64,000 nucleotides of DNA, from the NCBI GenBank assembly GCA_035559595.1, contig DATMBF010000005.1, positions 100,905-164,904 on the forward strand. The letters run 5' to 3'. Shown one piece after another: positions 38,201 through 46,562 of the stretch. The stretch's first letter is position 1; each line of letters opens with the position of its first letter. The position numbers and the translations under genes are program-made. This DNA is from Bacteroidota bacterium (lineage in GTDB: Bacteria > Bacteroidota > Ignavibacteria > UBA10030). The notes beneath the pieces are model-generated. The model had not been told where the DNA came from and made no database searches. It was given only the letters and a program-made list of their open reading frames with translations.

Positions 38201-38779
38201 CGGAAAGGACTCGTTCAGCTTCTTTCTGTGACGGAACAAAACTCCATGCGTGAGCGGTCAGTTCGCATTCGGAGTCAGCTTGTCCGCGAGATTGGGAATA
38301 CCACGGAATTCGTGAATAAAACTGACCGCGTGGTGGCATCAGGGACAAGTCTACGCGAACGTGACATCTTTTCAAACGCATTGAGCTCGGACTTTTCGTA
38401 TCGACCGTTTGCACAATGGGAGATCGGCTTTCGTTTTGATGTGTCGGAGATTGAGGATCGATGGCCAGGTGTTGAGGCGAAGGCCGCAATTAATGAGCAG
38501 AGTGTCAGGGTAGTCTATGCAGTGTTCGGCCTTGGACAATTCAGGATAGAAGGGGAGAGGGAGGAGGTGATAGTGTTACAGGGATCGTCATCGACGAATC
38601 GACCGTTTGTCTTTGAGTTCACCGGCGGGAGAGTGATCGGGAAGACTTTGCTTTGGCAGGTTGCTTTTGATTATAGAATTGGTCAAAATGTACAGGTCAC
38701 CCTGCAATACAACGGTCGAACGGAAGGCGGGAGATCACCTCTTCACTTTGCTCGGGCCGAAGCAAGAGCATTTTTCTAA
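35222..38779 (+). CDS. Large (1185 aa) predicted outer-membrane beta-barrel protein, uncharacterised
   Basis: Signal peptide MNVLLRFLSLLLAVSPLLVQRSFSQ, beta-strand-like alternating patterns over its length, and a C-terminal aromatic residue (...RAEARAFF) typical of OMP beta-barrel signature. No family assigned. Confidence 0.55.
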   Translation: MNVLLRFLSLLLAVSPLLVQRSFSQTGFKGKDLDHPIFLARVSPNDSLVQLPHHFLISSSVTVHLDTLNLVDGQDYSLNARYGQLRLLAAFKSRIQPDSTVQLLIRYRALPLNFKPEYRRNELMMRGIEGDTTSRRIVSSAAASSFGDLFGPNLQKSGSIFRGFTFGSNRDLSLSSGFRMQLSGKLSEDVELVAALTDENSPIQPEGSTQTLQEVDKVFVELQHPTYGATLGDFMIEQSKTEGGEFGRFARKVQGARGVARASSLGSVLGVASFSIAAATNRGKFHNNQFQGIEGAQGPYRLSGRNGERRIIVIAGSERVYLNGELMTRGETNDYVIDYAAAEVTFSSKRLITNASRISIDFEYSDRNYTRNLFASTTSVQSEDKSFSLNASVLQEADDPDSPIDVALDETSKFILQRSGDDRLKSSISGIRFVGNDSASGLPLGQYLLQDTVIAGRSYSILVYAPGDPEALYSANFSIVDRMPADSAGYERVGVGHFRFAGIGKGNYLPLQFIPLPQRHRFLNLNGGGVVMKGLSINAEYAVSEFDANRLSMLDAQDQRGTASKVTAQYEEKDVRIGSANLGSLRFSFGRRYVDRRFVAPDRFNEVEFGRKWDVDLRTKTHEELREASVAYSPFAALSVDATYGSFERQGAERSTRLEAGVKVDRSDVPRLSYRAENIRSENHLQHTSSSWLRQRAAVDYSYGMFAPGLRAEAENRLVTSRFSDSALAGSFKILEIAPRMAITQWGPMNASVEFQIRSEDSASGGRVQRALESFSQLYSWQLREWNSLSSHLNLSIRTVRFSDAFIARGNTNSEVILVRSLSRYIPLQRAVEAEIFYEFSSQRSAHLERVFVRVPRGSGNYRYLGDRNNNGIADEEEFELTRFDGDYIVVMVPSDQLFPIVELKASSRLRLYGERLVGGNGLLASIARSLSTETYLRVDERSNESDTKQIYLLNLSRFQNPATTISGSNLIQQDLHVFENKPDLSFRFRFQQRKGLVQLLSVTEQNSMRERSVRIRSQLVREIGNTTEFVNKTDRVVASGTSLRERDIFSNALSSDFSYRPFAQWEIGFRFDVSEIEDRWPGVEAKAAINEQSVRVVYAVFGLGQFRIEGEREEVIVLQGSSSTNRPFVFEFTGGRVIGKTLLWQVAFDYRIGQNVQVTLQYNGRTEGGRSPLHFARAEARAFF

Positions 38780-38802
38780 ATCATTCGTACGGAGGAACGC
38801 TG

Positions 38803-39210
38803 ATGCAAAGAAGGAATCTTCTCATGCTGATGATGGTTTTTGTGATTGGCGGAATTGGATGTGATCAGCTTGTTAATGAATACACCATAGACGAGGCAGT
38901 GTATGCGCGGGTTACCACGTTTGAGGCAGTATCTGACTCCTCTGCACAATCTTCGATAGGGTTAAGGATTTCAGGATCGCTTGGCAACACGACCGCCTAT
39001 TCGCTCGAAGCCATTCAATGGGAACGAGTGGACACGCTCTTTCGCGTTGCTGTCGTCGCACGGCATCGCGAGAACAGCAATGGGCAATATACACCAAAGG
39101 ATATTCGGCTGGATACCGTGATGATCTTCCAATCACCGAAGCTTGGATGGCACTACTTTCTCCTTCATCCACTCAACGGAGGGACTCGCGACTCGACGTT
39201 TGTGCGTTAG
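38803..39210 (+). CDS. Small lipoprotein downstream of the giant OMP
   Basis: N-terminus MQRRNLLMLMMVFVIGGIGCDQ (lipobox GC). The 135-aa protein starts 21 nt after the OMP stop. Confidence 0.45.
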   Translation: MQRRNLLMLMMVFVIGGIGCDQLVNEYTIDEAVYARVTTFEAVSDSSAQSSIGLRISGSLGNTTAYSLEAIQWERVDTLFRVAVVARHRENSNGQYTPKDIRLDTVMIFQSPKLGWHYFLLHPLNGGTRDSTFVR

Positions 39211-39366
39211 TCGAAATCACTTTTCCTTCTTTCTGTCAAGAATTTTTTTTCAGACGGCCTTCCCTTCAACAGAGAGAGACCTTGCCTCAAGCTTAAAAAA
39301 ACGCTACCATAAGCCCGCAGTGAGGCTGTTTAAGACCTCTCGCGTTACCCTTCGTTCCACGTTTTC

Positions 39367-41595
39367 ATGAAACTTCTTCAAGACCTCAATCCCGTCCAGC
39401 AGGAGGCGGTCAAGGCTGCAAACGGTCCCGTCATGATTGTCGCGGGAGCCGGAAGCGGCAAGACGCGCGTTCTCACCTACCGCATTGCCTACCTCGTGGC
39501 GTGCGGCGTTCCACCATATCAAATTCTTGCTCTCACGTTCACAAACAAAGCTGCAGATGAGATGAAGAGCCGCATCATCAAGCTCGTCGGCGATCAGGCC
39601 AGCCAGCTCTGGATGGGAACGTTCCATTCAATGTTTGCACGGGTGTTGCGCAAAGAAGCTGAAAAGATCGGCTACACCAGGACATTCTCTATTTATGATT
39701 CGGATGATTCGCTCGCTCTGGTCCGGCGGTGTATGGAGGAGCTGGGAATCTCCGCCCAACTCATCCAGCCAACCGTAATTCGATCCAGAATCAGTGCCGC
39801 AAAAAACCAGCTCATCGACCCGAAGACTTATGAGTCCATGGTGCGCGATATGGTTGACGAGAAAACAGGACAAGTGTACTACAAGTACGATGAGCGACTT
39901 CGAAAATCGAACGCCATGGATTTTGACGATCTGCTGATCAGACCGATCGAGCTGTTCGAAAAGCATCCGAATGTGCTCGAGAAATACCAAGAGCGCTTCA
40001 AATTTGTTCTTGTGGACGAGTTTCAGGATACGAACCGGGCCCAATATCAAATGACAAAACTCCTGGGGGCTCGCTATAAGAATATCTGCGTTGTGGGGGA
40101 TGATGCACAGAGCATTTACTCATTCCGTGGGGCGGATATCCGGAATATCCTCGACTTCGCAAAGGATTATCCCGAATGTCAGACGTTTCGGTTGGAGCAG
40201 AACTACCGCTCGACAAAAAGTATCCTCAAAGCTGCAGGGCAGTTAATAAAAAACAACGTTGAGCAAATCCCAAAGAATCTTTGGACTCAAAACTCGGAAG
40301 GAGATCCGATCGTCTTGTTTGAATGTGCAGATGACCGGGAGGAGGGTCTCCGGATCACGCAGTTTATTCAGGAAGAGATTCACAGAAACAAGCGGAATCT
40401 TCGGGACTTTGCGGCTCTCTACCGGACCAACTCTCAATCGCGTTCGCTTGAAGATGCGTTCAGGCGTGCGGCCATCCCTTATGTGATTGTCGGTGGCATC
40501 CGGTTCTATGAACGAAAGGAAATCAAAGACGTTCTCGCATATTTGCGTCTGCTGGTGAACCCTCAGGACGAGGAAAGCCTTCTACGGGTAATTAACTATC
40601 CGGTGAGAGGAATAGGGGAGACCACCATACAACGATTGCGCGAATTCGCGGTGGTCAAGAATCTCTCCCTCACTCAAGCATTGGCAAAGATCGACGAGAT
40701 CCCTGAAATTGGCGAACGAATGCGAACCGGCGTGAAATCCTTTTCTAATCTGATTACCAAGTACAGTGCCCTTCGGCAGAAGATGTCCCTCAGCGAGCTG
40801 ACTCGCGCCCTTGTCGATGAGCTGGGGATTCTCAAGGAGTTCAAAGAAGAGGGAACCATCGAGGCGATGAATCGGTGGGAAAACGTTCAGGAACTGCTCT
40901 CGGCGATTACAGAGTTCTCCGACGAACGTCCTGAGGCGGGGTTGGAGGATTTTCTCCAGGAGGTCTCCCTTGTTTCGGATATCGACACGTGGGAGGGGAG
41001 TCGAAATGCCGTAACACTCATGACACTTCATGCCTCAAAAGGCTTGGAGTTCCCTGTTGTGTTCGTTGCCGGATTGGAGGAGGGACTGCTGCCGTTTTAT
41101 TCAAATACGATCGACAGACAGGATTTGGAAGAAGAGAGACGGCTCTTTTATGTTGGAATGACAAGGGCGCAAGTGCGGCTCGTGCTGAGCTATGCCCGCG
41201 TTCGCTATCGGTTTGGTGATTTGACCTATACAACGGCATCGCGCTTTTTGTCCGAGATTGGGCCTGAGTCCCTCGAAGGACATGCTGCCGCGCGTGAGAT
41301 GCCTGTTGCGAGCAGAACTTTTGGGCACCGAAATGGGAGAGGTCGCACCTCTAACCGGAATCGTTCTCTGGCCGATACCGAAAGTTATTTTGAAGATGCC
41401 ACGCCCAACTACGAATCCGAGGCTCAAGAGACCCTGGAGGTCAAAAAGGGCCAACTGGTACTCCACGAGACATTTGGGCGTGGCAAGGTGATTGAAGTGA
41501 GGGGAAAAGGGGATTTGCGAAAAGCAACCGTCCAGTTCGATGACTATGGCCTGAAGAACCTCATTCTCAAGTTTGCCAATCTCAAGAAGGTCTGA
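39367..41595 (+). CDS. uvrD: ATP-dependent DNA helicase UvrD/PcrA
   Basis: Walker A 'AGAGSGKT', 'VLVDEFQDTN', 'TLHASKGLEFPVVF' and the 'LFYVGMTRA' helicase motifs. The protein is 742 aa. Confidence 0.85.
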   Translation: MKLLQDLNPVQQEAVKAANGPVMIVAGAGSGKTRVLTYRIAYLVACGVPPYQILALTFTNKAADEMKSRIIKLVGDQASQLWMGTFHSMFARVLRKEAEKIGYTRTFSIYDSDDSLALVRRCMEELGISAQLIQPTVIRSRISAAKNQLIDPKTYESMVRDMVDEKTGQVYYKYDERLRKSNAMDFDDLLIRPIELFEKHPNVLEKYQERFKFVLVDEFQDTNRAQYQMTKLLGARYKNICVVGDDAQSIYSFRGADIRNILDFAKDYPECQTFRLEQNYRSTKSILKAAGQLIKNNVEQIPKNLWTQNSEGDPIVLFECADDREEGLRITQFIQEEIHRNKRNLRDFAALYRTNSQSRSLEDAFRRAAIPYVIVGGIRFYERKEIKDVLAYLRLLVNPQDEESLLRVINYPVRGIGETTIQRLREFAVVKNLSLTQALAKIDEIPEIGERMRTGVKSFSNLITKYSALRQKMSLSELTRALVDELGILKEFKEEGTIEAMNRWENVQELLSAITEFSDERPEAGLEDFLQEVSLVSDIDTWEGSRNAVTLMTLHASKGLEFPVVFVAGLEEGLLPFYSNTIDRQDLEEERRLFYVGMTRAQVRLVLSYARVRYRFGDLTYTTASRFLSEIGPESLEGHAAAREMPVASRTFGHRNGRGRTSNRNRSLADTESYFEDATPNYESEAQETLEVKKGQLVLHETFGRGKVIEVRGKGDLRKATVQFDDYGLKNLILKFANLKKV

Positions 41596-42030
41596 CTAAG
41601 GCTGCTTGCTTGAACTGACGAGAACGATGTTTCCCCAGTAGTCTGGATGAATGTAGTGGGTGATCAGACTGTTGAATTCAGGAACTCGGGAGGAAGGGAG
41701 GATAATGTAGAGAACTGCTTGAGAGCGATTGGATGAGTGAAATTGGTCGAGGAAGACGTTGTATTGTGTGAGCGCGTGCTCTGTTTCTAAGTCTGCCACC
41801 CCGGTTTTTGCCTCCCCTATAACGTATCGCTTGCGAACAGGGTCAAAAGCATAGATGTCCGGTGCTTTATCCTCCTGATCCCCGTAGCCATCATTGTGCA
41901 ACGGTTCGGGTTGCGGTAGACCCTCCAATCCCTCAACGGCCAGGATCTTGAAATTCTCTTGCTTGAAAATTTCAAGAAGCTCGATAACCAACGCATGATG
42001 TTTTTCCAGATCCTCCTGAGGACGCGCCAT
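41596..42030 (-). CDS. Hypothetical 144-aa protein translationally coupled to bshA
   Basis: Its start lies 3 nt after the bshA stop. 'DIYAFDP...YVIGEAKT' resembles a D...(E/D)xK nuclease-like core, but family assignment is uncertain. Its stop abuts the uvrD stop on the opposite strand. Confidence 0.4.
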   Translation of the reverse strand: MARPQEDLEKHHALVIELLEIFKQENFKILAVEGLEGLPQPEPLHNDGYGDQEDKAPDIYAFDPVRKRYVIGEAKTGVADLETEHALTQYNVFLDQFHSSNRSQAVLYIILPSSRVPEFNSLITHYIHPDYWGNIVLVSSSKQP

Positions 42031-42033
42031 TGC

Positions 42034-43170
42034 TTATTTCACAGCTACTTCCGATCCGTAGAGAATTCTCTCGTAGTGCCGCTCATACATCTTCACGATT
42101 TTCGAAGACTCGAATTGCATTGCCCGTGACCGGGCGGCTTTGGCAAACATCTGTTGCTTTGATGGGTTCGCAAGGAGATCGATTGCGTACCGTGCCATCC
42201 GATCGATGTCCCCGATCTCGGCAATATAACCGCACTCGCCATGAACAACGAGCTCGGGCAAACCGCCGACGCTTGAAGAGACAACCGGCACTTCGCATGC
42301 CATCGCTTCTAACGCAGAGAGGCCAAAACTCTCGGATTGGCTTGGCAGCAGGAAGAGATCGGCTGCCGAGAGGAGATCCACAATTTCCGTTTGCTTTCCG
42401 AGGAACTTCACAAGATGCTGAATACCGAGCTCGCGGCAGAGATGTTCACAGGCCGATCGGTCGGGACCATCACCGATCAGGAGCAGTTTCGACTTGATCT
42501 GTTTTTGGACAATGTCAAAAATTCTGATCACATCCTGCACACGTTTGACGGGACGGAAGTTTGACGTGTGGACGAGGATCTTCTCACTATTTGGCGCACA
42601 AATCTTTCGGACTTCCTCGGAAGGAATTCTACGGTATTTTGTCGTATCGATGAAGTTCGGAATCACTTCGATCTCTTTTTCGATCCCGTAGTTTGTTAAG
42701 GTTTTCTCCTTCAGGAATCGTGAAACGGCGGTAACGCCATCACTCTGTTCTATACTGAATTTCATCACCGGGAGAAAACTCGGCTCCAGTCCGACCAGGG
42801 TGATGTCTGTCCCATGAAGAGTCGTAATAACTTTCGCATTCGTCGGCGAGAGCATCTGCTTTGCGAGGTAAGCGCTTGTTGCGTGAGGGATGGCATAATG
42901 GCAATGAAAGAGATCGATCTTTTCGTAACGTGCAACTTCAACCATCTTGCTGGCAAGGGCGAGCGTGTAAAGAGGGAACTCAAAGAGCGGATAGCTTGTC
43001 ATTTCGACTTCATGGTAGGTAATATTCCCCTTGAAGCCAGTGAGCCGGATAGGCATGGCGTAGGTAATGAAATGGATGGAATGGCCGCGCTCTGCGAGAG
43101 CTTTACCTAGCTCGGTGGCCACCACGCCGCTCCCTCCGTACGTGGGATAACATGTAATCCCGATGTTCAT
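42034..43170 (-). CDS. bshA: N-acetyl-alpha-D-glucosaminyl L-malate synthase (bacillithiol biosynthesis glycosyltransferase, GT4)
   Basis: The N-terminus 'MNIGITCYPTYGGSGVVATELGKALAERGHSIHFIT' and 'HCHYAIPHATSAYLAKQML...TTLHGTDITLVG' closely parallel B. subtilis BshA ([39 protein letters not shown]...). Confidence 0.85.
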   Translation of the reverse strand: MNIGITCYPTYGGSGVVATELGKALAERGHSIHFITYAMPIRLTGFKGNITYHEVEMTSYPLFEFPLYTLALASKMVEVARYEKIDLFHCHYAIPHATSAYLAKQMLSPTNAKVITTLHGTDITLVGLEPSFLPVMKFSIEQSDGVTAVSRFLKEKTLTNYGIEKEIEVIPNFIDTTKYRRIPSEEVRKICAPNSEKILVHTSNFRPVKRVQDVIRIFDIVQKQIKSKLLLIGDGPDRSACEHLCRELGIQHLVKFLGKQTEIVDLLSAADLFLLPSQSESFGLSALEAMACEVPVVSSSVGGLPELVVHGECGYIAEIGDIDRMARYAIDLLANPSKQQMFAKAARSRAMQFESSKIVKMYERHYERILYGSEVAVK

Positions 43171-43467
43171 TGTGCAGAATTCCTCACGAGTATGTTAAAG
43201 AGAATTGGGTGGAGATACAAGCAAACGGCCGAAACTCTAACGCTAAAAAGAACTTACACTGAAAAGAAGTGTGCGCTATCTCGTTTGACGATATGATAAC
43301 ATGGATTGAACGACGTTCAGTTCAGAAAAGAAGTGGGAATTATTCCTATTTTTCCCGCTTGATTTAAGGAGTAAGAAAAGTTATATTGAGAGTGTCTGAA
43401 ATGATCATCAAGCGCCTAATTGCTTGATTTTTTAATACGCATATATTGGACTGAAGAAGTCGGATTT

Positions 43468-43872
43468 ATGTTGCAGCTTTCGAAACGTGTCGAATACGGT
43501 CTGATAGCACTTCGCCATATGGCGATGCATCCAATGGGAAAGGTCTTCACGGCCAAGGAACTGGCTCGGGAGTATGATATTCCCTATGAGCTCCTTGCCA
43601 AGGTGCTTCAGAAGTTATCACGTGCGCGTGTGGTCAATTCTCTGCACGGCGTGAAAGGCGGATACGCGCTCGCCCGAAATCCGTCAGACCTTACCATATC
43701 GCAGATCATTCGAATCATCGATGAAGAGAAACCGATGGTTGCGGAATGTTATGTTGACGGTCCGGATAGCTGTTATCTATTCGGCAATTGTACGATACGG
43801 CGCCCTCTTGGAAAGTTGCAGCGCAGCTTGAATGTGGTTTTTGATAGAATGACAGTTCAGGAAATCATTTGA
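43468..43872 (+). CDS. Rrf2 family transcriptional regulator (IscR/SufR-like, Fe-S sensing)
   Basis: 'MLQLSKRVEYGLIALRHMA' is the Rrf2 wHTH N-terminus. Three clustered Cys (CYVDGPDSCYLFGNC) form an IscR-type cluster ligand set. It sits directly upstream of the suf operon. The ORF track start at 43420 is a TTG start. Confidence 0.75.
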   Translation: MLQLSKRVEYGLIALRHMAMHPMGKVFTAKELAREYDIPYELLAKVLQKLSRARVVNSLHGVKGGYALARNPSDLTISQIIRIIDEEKPMVAECYVDGPDSCYLFGNCTIRRPLGKLQRSLNVVFDRMTVQEII

Positions 43873-43890
43873 CCATTTGATGGAATCTCT

Positions 43891-44268
43891 ATGAGCGACC
43901 TCTTGAAACTTTTTACCGACAAGCGAAAGGAATTTCTCAACTTCCTTAAGTCGCGATATCACCTCTATCACCTCTCTAATGTATTCTTCCGTGACATGCA
44001 TTATGGCGTCATGGCCTTTCTGGCGATGAACGGCACGAAAGTGAAATACACTCAGGCAGAGGAACTGACAAAAAAGGTGATCGAATCTCTTGAGCAGGCG
44101 AACATTTTAGTGAAGGCCGATCGGCTGGCATGGGTGTTAACCTATCCTGACTTTAAGAAGCCACCCGTGAAACCTGCTGCTCCGGCAAAACCCTCAACGC
44201 CGGCGAAGCCGGCAGCTGCTCCGGCGAAACCACAGCCTACATCGGAAGCAACGCCTGCTTCTGCATAG
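43891..44268 (+). CDS. Hypothetical protein between the regulator and sufB, with a Pro/Ala/Lys-rich (PAKP-repeat) C-terminal tail
   Basis: A 125-aa ORF in the same orientation, tightly packed between the Rrf2 gene and sufB. The tail reads 'KKPPVKPAAPAKPSTPAKPAAAPAKPQPT'. No family recognised. Confidence 0.45.
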   Translation: MSDLLKLFTDKRKEFLNFLKSRYHLYHLSNVFFRDMHYGVMAFLAMNGTKVKYTQAEELTKKVIESLEQANILVKADRLAWVLTYPDFKKPPVKPAAPAKPSTPAKPAAAPAKPQPTSEATPASA

Positions 44269-44298
44269 CGACATGAAGTCTTTACACAGGGTAAGATC

Positions 44299-45756
44299 AT
44301 GAGCACTGAGACCAACACTGTTGAACAATTAGCAATTCAAGAGTACAAGTACGGATTCGAAACCGCGGTCGAGTATGATGTCGTTCCGAAGGGGCTGAAT
44401 GAAGACATCATCAAGCTCATATGGGAGAAGAAGGGCGAACCCGACTGGATGCTCGAGTGGCGGCTGAAGGCCTTCCGTCATTGGGAGAAACTCTACAAGG
44501 ACGGAAAGGAACCCAAGTGGGCCAACATCAAATATGGCCCGATCGACTACCAGAGTATTCGCTACTACTCAGCACCGAAGAAGAGACCGAAACTCAATAG
44601 TCTCGATGAGGTAGACCCCGAGATCCGCAAGACGTTCGAGAAGCTTGGGATTCCGCTCGAGGAGCAAAAGCTCCTTGCCGGAGTTGCCGTCGACGCTGTC
44701 TTTGACAGTGTCTCCGTTGCAACTACGTTCAAGGCAAAACTGGAGGAGCTTGGTATCATTTTCTGTTCGATGACCGAAGCAATTCGCAATCATCCCGATC
44801 TCGTCAAGAAGTACCTTGGCTCGGTTGTTCCGTACTCCGACAACTTCTTCGCAGCCTTGAATTCCGCAGTCTTTAGTGACGGCTCGTTTGCATACATCCC
44901 CAAAGGTGTGCACTGCCCGATGGAGCTCTCAACGTACTTTCGCATCAACGCACGAGAGACAGGCCAGTTCGAGCGAACGCTCATTGTCGCCGACGAAGGC
45001 GCTTCCGTGAGCTACCTTGAAGGATGCACCGCTCCAATGCGTGATGAGAATCAGCTCCATGCAGCGGTTGTTGAGCTCGTTGCCCTCGATAATGCCACCA
45101 TTAAGTATTCAACGATCCAGAACTGGTATCCGGGGGACAAAGAGGGTCGTGGGGGGATCTATAACTTCGTGACCAAGCGAGGAAAAGCGCTCGGCAGGAA
45201 TTCGAAGATCACCTGGACACAGGTGGAGACCGGCGCCGCCATTACGTGGAAATACCCAAGCTGTTTGCTGATCGGCGAGAATTCCGTCGGCGAGTTTTAT
45301 TCCGTTGCGGTAACAAACAACTACCAGCAGGCAGATACAGGGACAAAGATGATTCACATCGGGAAGAACACACGGAGCACTATCGTTTCAAAAGGGATTT
45401 CTGCTGGATTCGGTCAAAACTCGTATCGCGGCCTTGTTCGTATTCAGAAAAGTGCGACTGGAGCGAGGAATTTCTCTCAGTGTGATTCATTGCTGATCGG
45501 AGATAAATGCGGTGCTCACACCTTCCCCTACATGGAGGTGCAGAACACCACTTCGAGCATTGAGCACGAGGCAACGACATCAAAGATCGGCGAGGATCAG
45601 ATTTTCTACTGCAAACAGCGCGGACTCTCAACAGAAGATGCAGTGAACATGATTGTCAACGGCTTCTGCAAAGAGGTCTTTCGCGAACTGCCGATGGAGT
45701 TTGCTGTCGAAGCGCAAAAACTTCTCAGTATTAGTCTGGAAGGCAGTGTCGGGTAA
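44299..45756 (+). CDS. sufB: Fe-S cluster assembly protein SufB
   Basis: A 485-aa protein. '[33 protein letters not shown]' is the SufB core, and the C-terminal 'IVNGF' region is present. Confidence 0.9.
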   Translation: MSTETNTVEQLAIQEYKYGFETAVEYDVVPKGLNEDIIKLIWEKKGEPDWMLEWRLKAFRHWEKLYKDGKEPKWANIKYGPIDYQSIRYYSAPKKRPKLNSLDEVDPEIRKTFEKLGIPLEEQKLLAGVAVDAVFDSVSVATTFKAKLEELGIIFCSMTEAIRNHPDLVKKYLGSVVPYSDNFFAALNSAVFSDGSFAYIPKGVHCPMELSTYFRINARETGQFERTLIVADEGASVSYLEGCTAPMRDENQLHAAVVELVALDNATIKYSTIQNWYPGDKEGRGGIYNFVTKRGKALGRNSKITWTQVETGAAITWKYPSCLLIGENSVGEFYSVAVTNNYQQADTGTKMIHIGKNTRSTIVSKGISAGFGQNSYRGLVRIQKSATGARNFSQCDSLLIGDKCGAHTFPYMEVQNTTSSIEHEATTSKIGEDQIFYCKQRGLSTEDAVNMIVNGFCKEVFRELPMEFAVEAQKLLSISLEGSVG

Positions 45757-45789
45757 ACACTCAGGAACACATTCAACAAAGGAAAAGCA

Positions 45790-46548
45790 ATGCTGGAAAT
45801 CATAAATCTGCACGCTGGAATAGACGGAAAAGAAATTCTTAAGGGAATCGACCTTAAGGTGGGGAAAGGTGAAGTTCACGCCATTATGGGTCCGAACGGA
45901 TCGGGCAAAAGCACGCTCGCTCAAGTTCTTGCGGGACGAGACTCGTACGAGGTTACCGAAGGGAGCGTCATTTATGAGGGAAAAGATCTCCTCGAGCTCG
46001 ACCCGGAAGAGAGAGCTCGGGCGGGTGTGTTTATGGCGTTCCAGTATCCGGTCGAAATCCCGGGCGTGAGCAATACGTATTTCCTCAAGTCTGCACTGAA
46101 CGCAATCAGAAAACATCGTGGCCAGGAGGAGCTTGATGCGGTTGAGTTCCTTTCTCTGGTGAAACAACGAGCCAAGATGGTTGATATGGATGAAGAGCTT
46201 TTGAGCCGGCCGGTGAACCACGGCTTTTCTGGCGGCGAGAAGAAGCGAAACGAGATTTTTCAAATGGCGGTTCTGGAGCCTAAGCTCGCGATTTTGGACG
46301 AAACGGATTCCGGACTGGATATTGATGCCCTTCGGACCGTCGCTGCAGGCGTGAACAAGCTTCGGTCAAAAGACAACGCCGTGATCGTTGTGACACACTA
46401 TCAGCGGTTGCTGAACTACATCATCCCCGATTACGTCCACGTACTGCTTGATGGCCGTATCGTCAGGTCTGGCGGCAAGGAGCTTGCCCTCGAGCTTGAA
46501 CAAAAGGGGTACGATTGGCTTCGGGAGACGGCTGAAGTAACGGCGTAA
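45790..46548 (+). CDS. sufC: Fe-S cluster assembly ATPase SufC
   Basis: Walker A 'GPNGSGKST', the ABC signature 'FSGGEKKR' and Walker B 'LAILDETDSGLD'. Confidence 0.9.
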   Translation: MLEIINLHAGIDGKEILKGIDLKVGKGEVHAIMGPNGSGKSTLAQVLAGRDSYEVTEGSVIYEGKDLLELDPEERARAGVFMAFQYPVEIPGVSNTYFLKSALNAIRKHRGQEELDAVEFLSLVKQRAKMVDMDEELLSRPVNHGFSGGEKKRNEIFQMAVLEPKLAILDETDSGLDIDALRTVAAGVNKLRSKDNAVIVVTHYQRLLNYIIPDYVHVLLDGRIVRSGGKELALELEQKGYDWLRETAEVTA

Positions 46549-46562
46549 GGAGTGGACTGAGA

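Noticed and set aside
40582-41031. 149-aa minus-strand ORF within uvrD
   Set aside because: It is antisense to the conserved helicase motifs. It is a shadow ORF.
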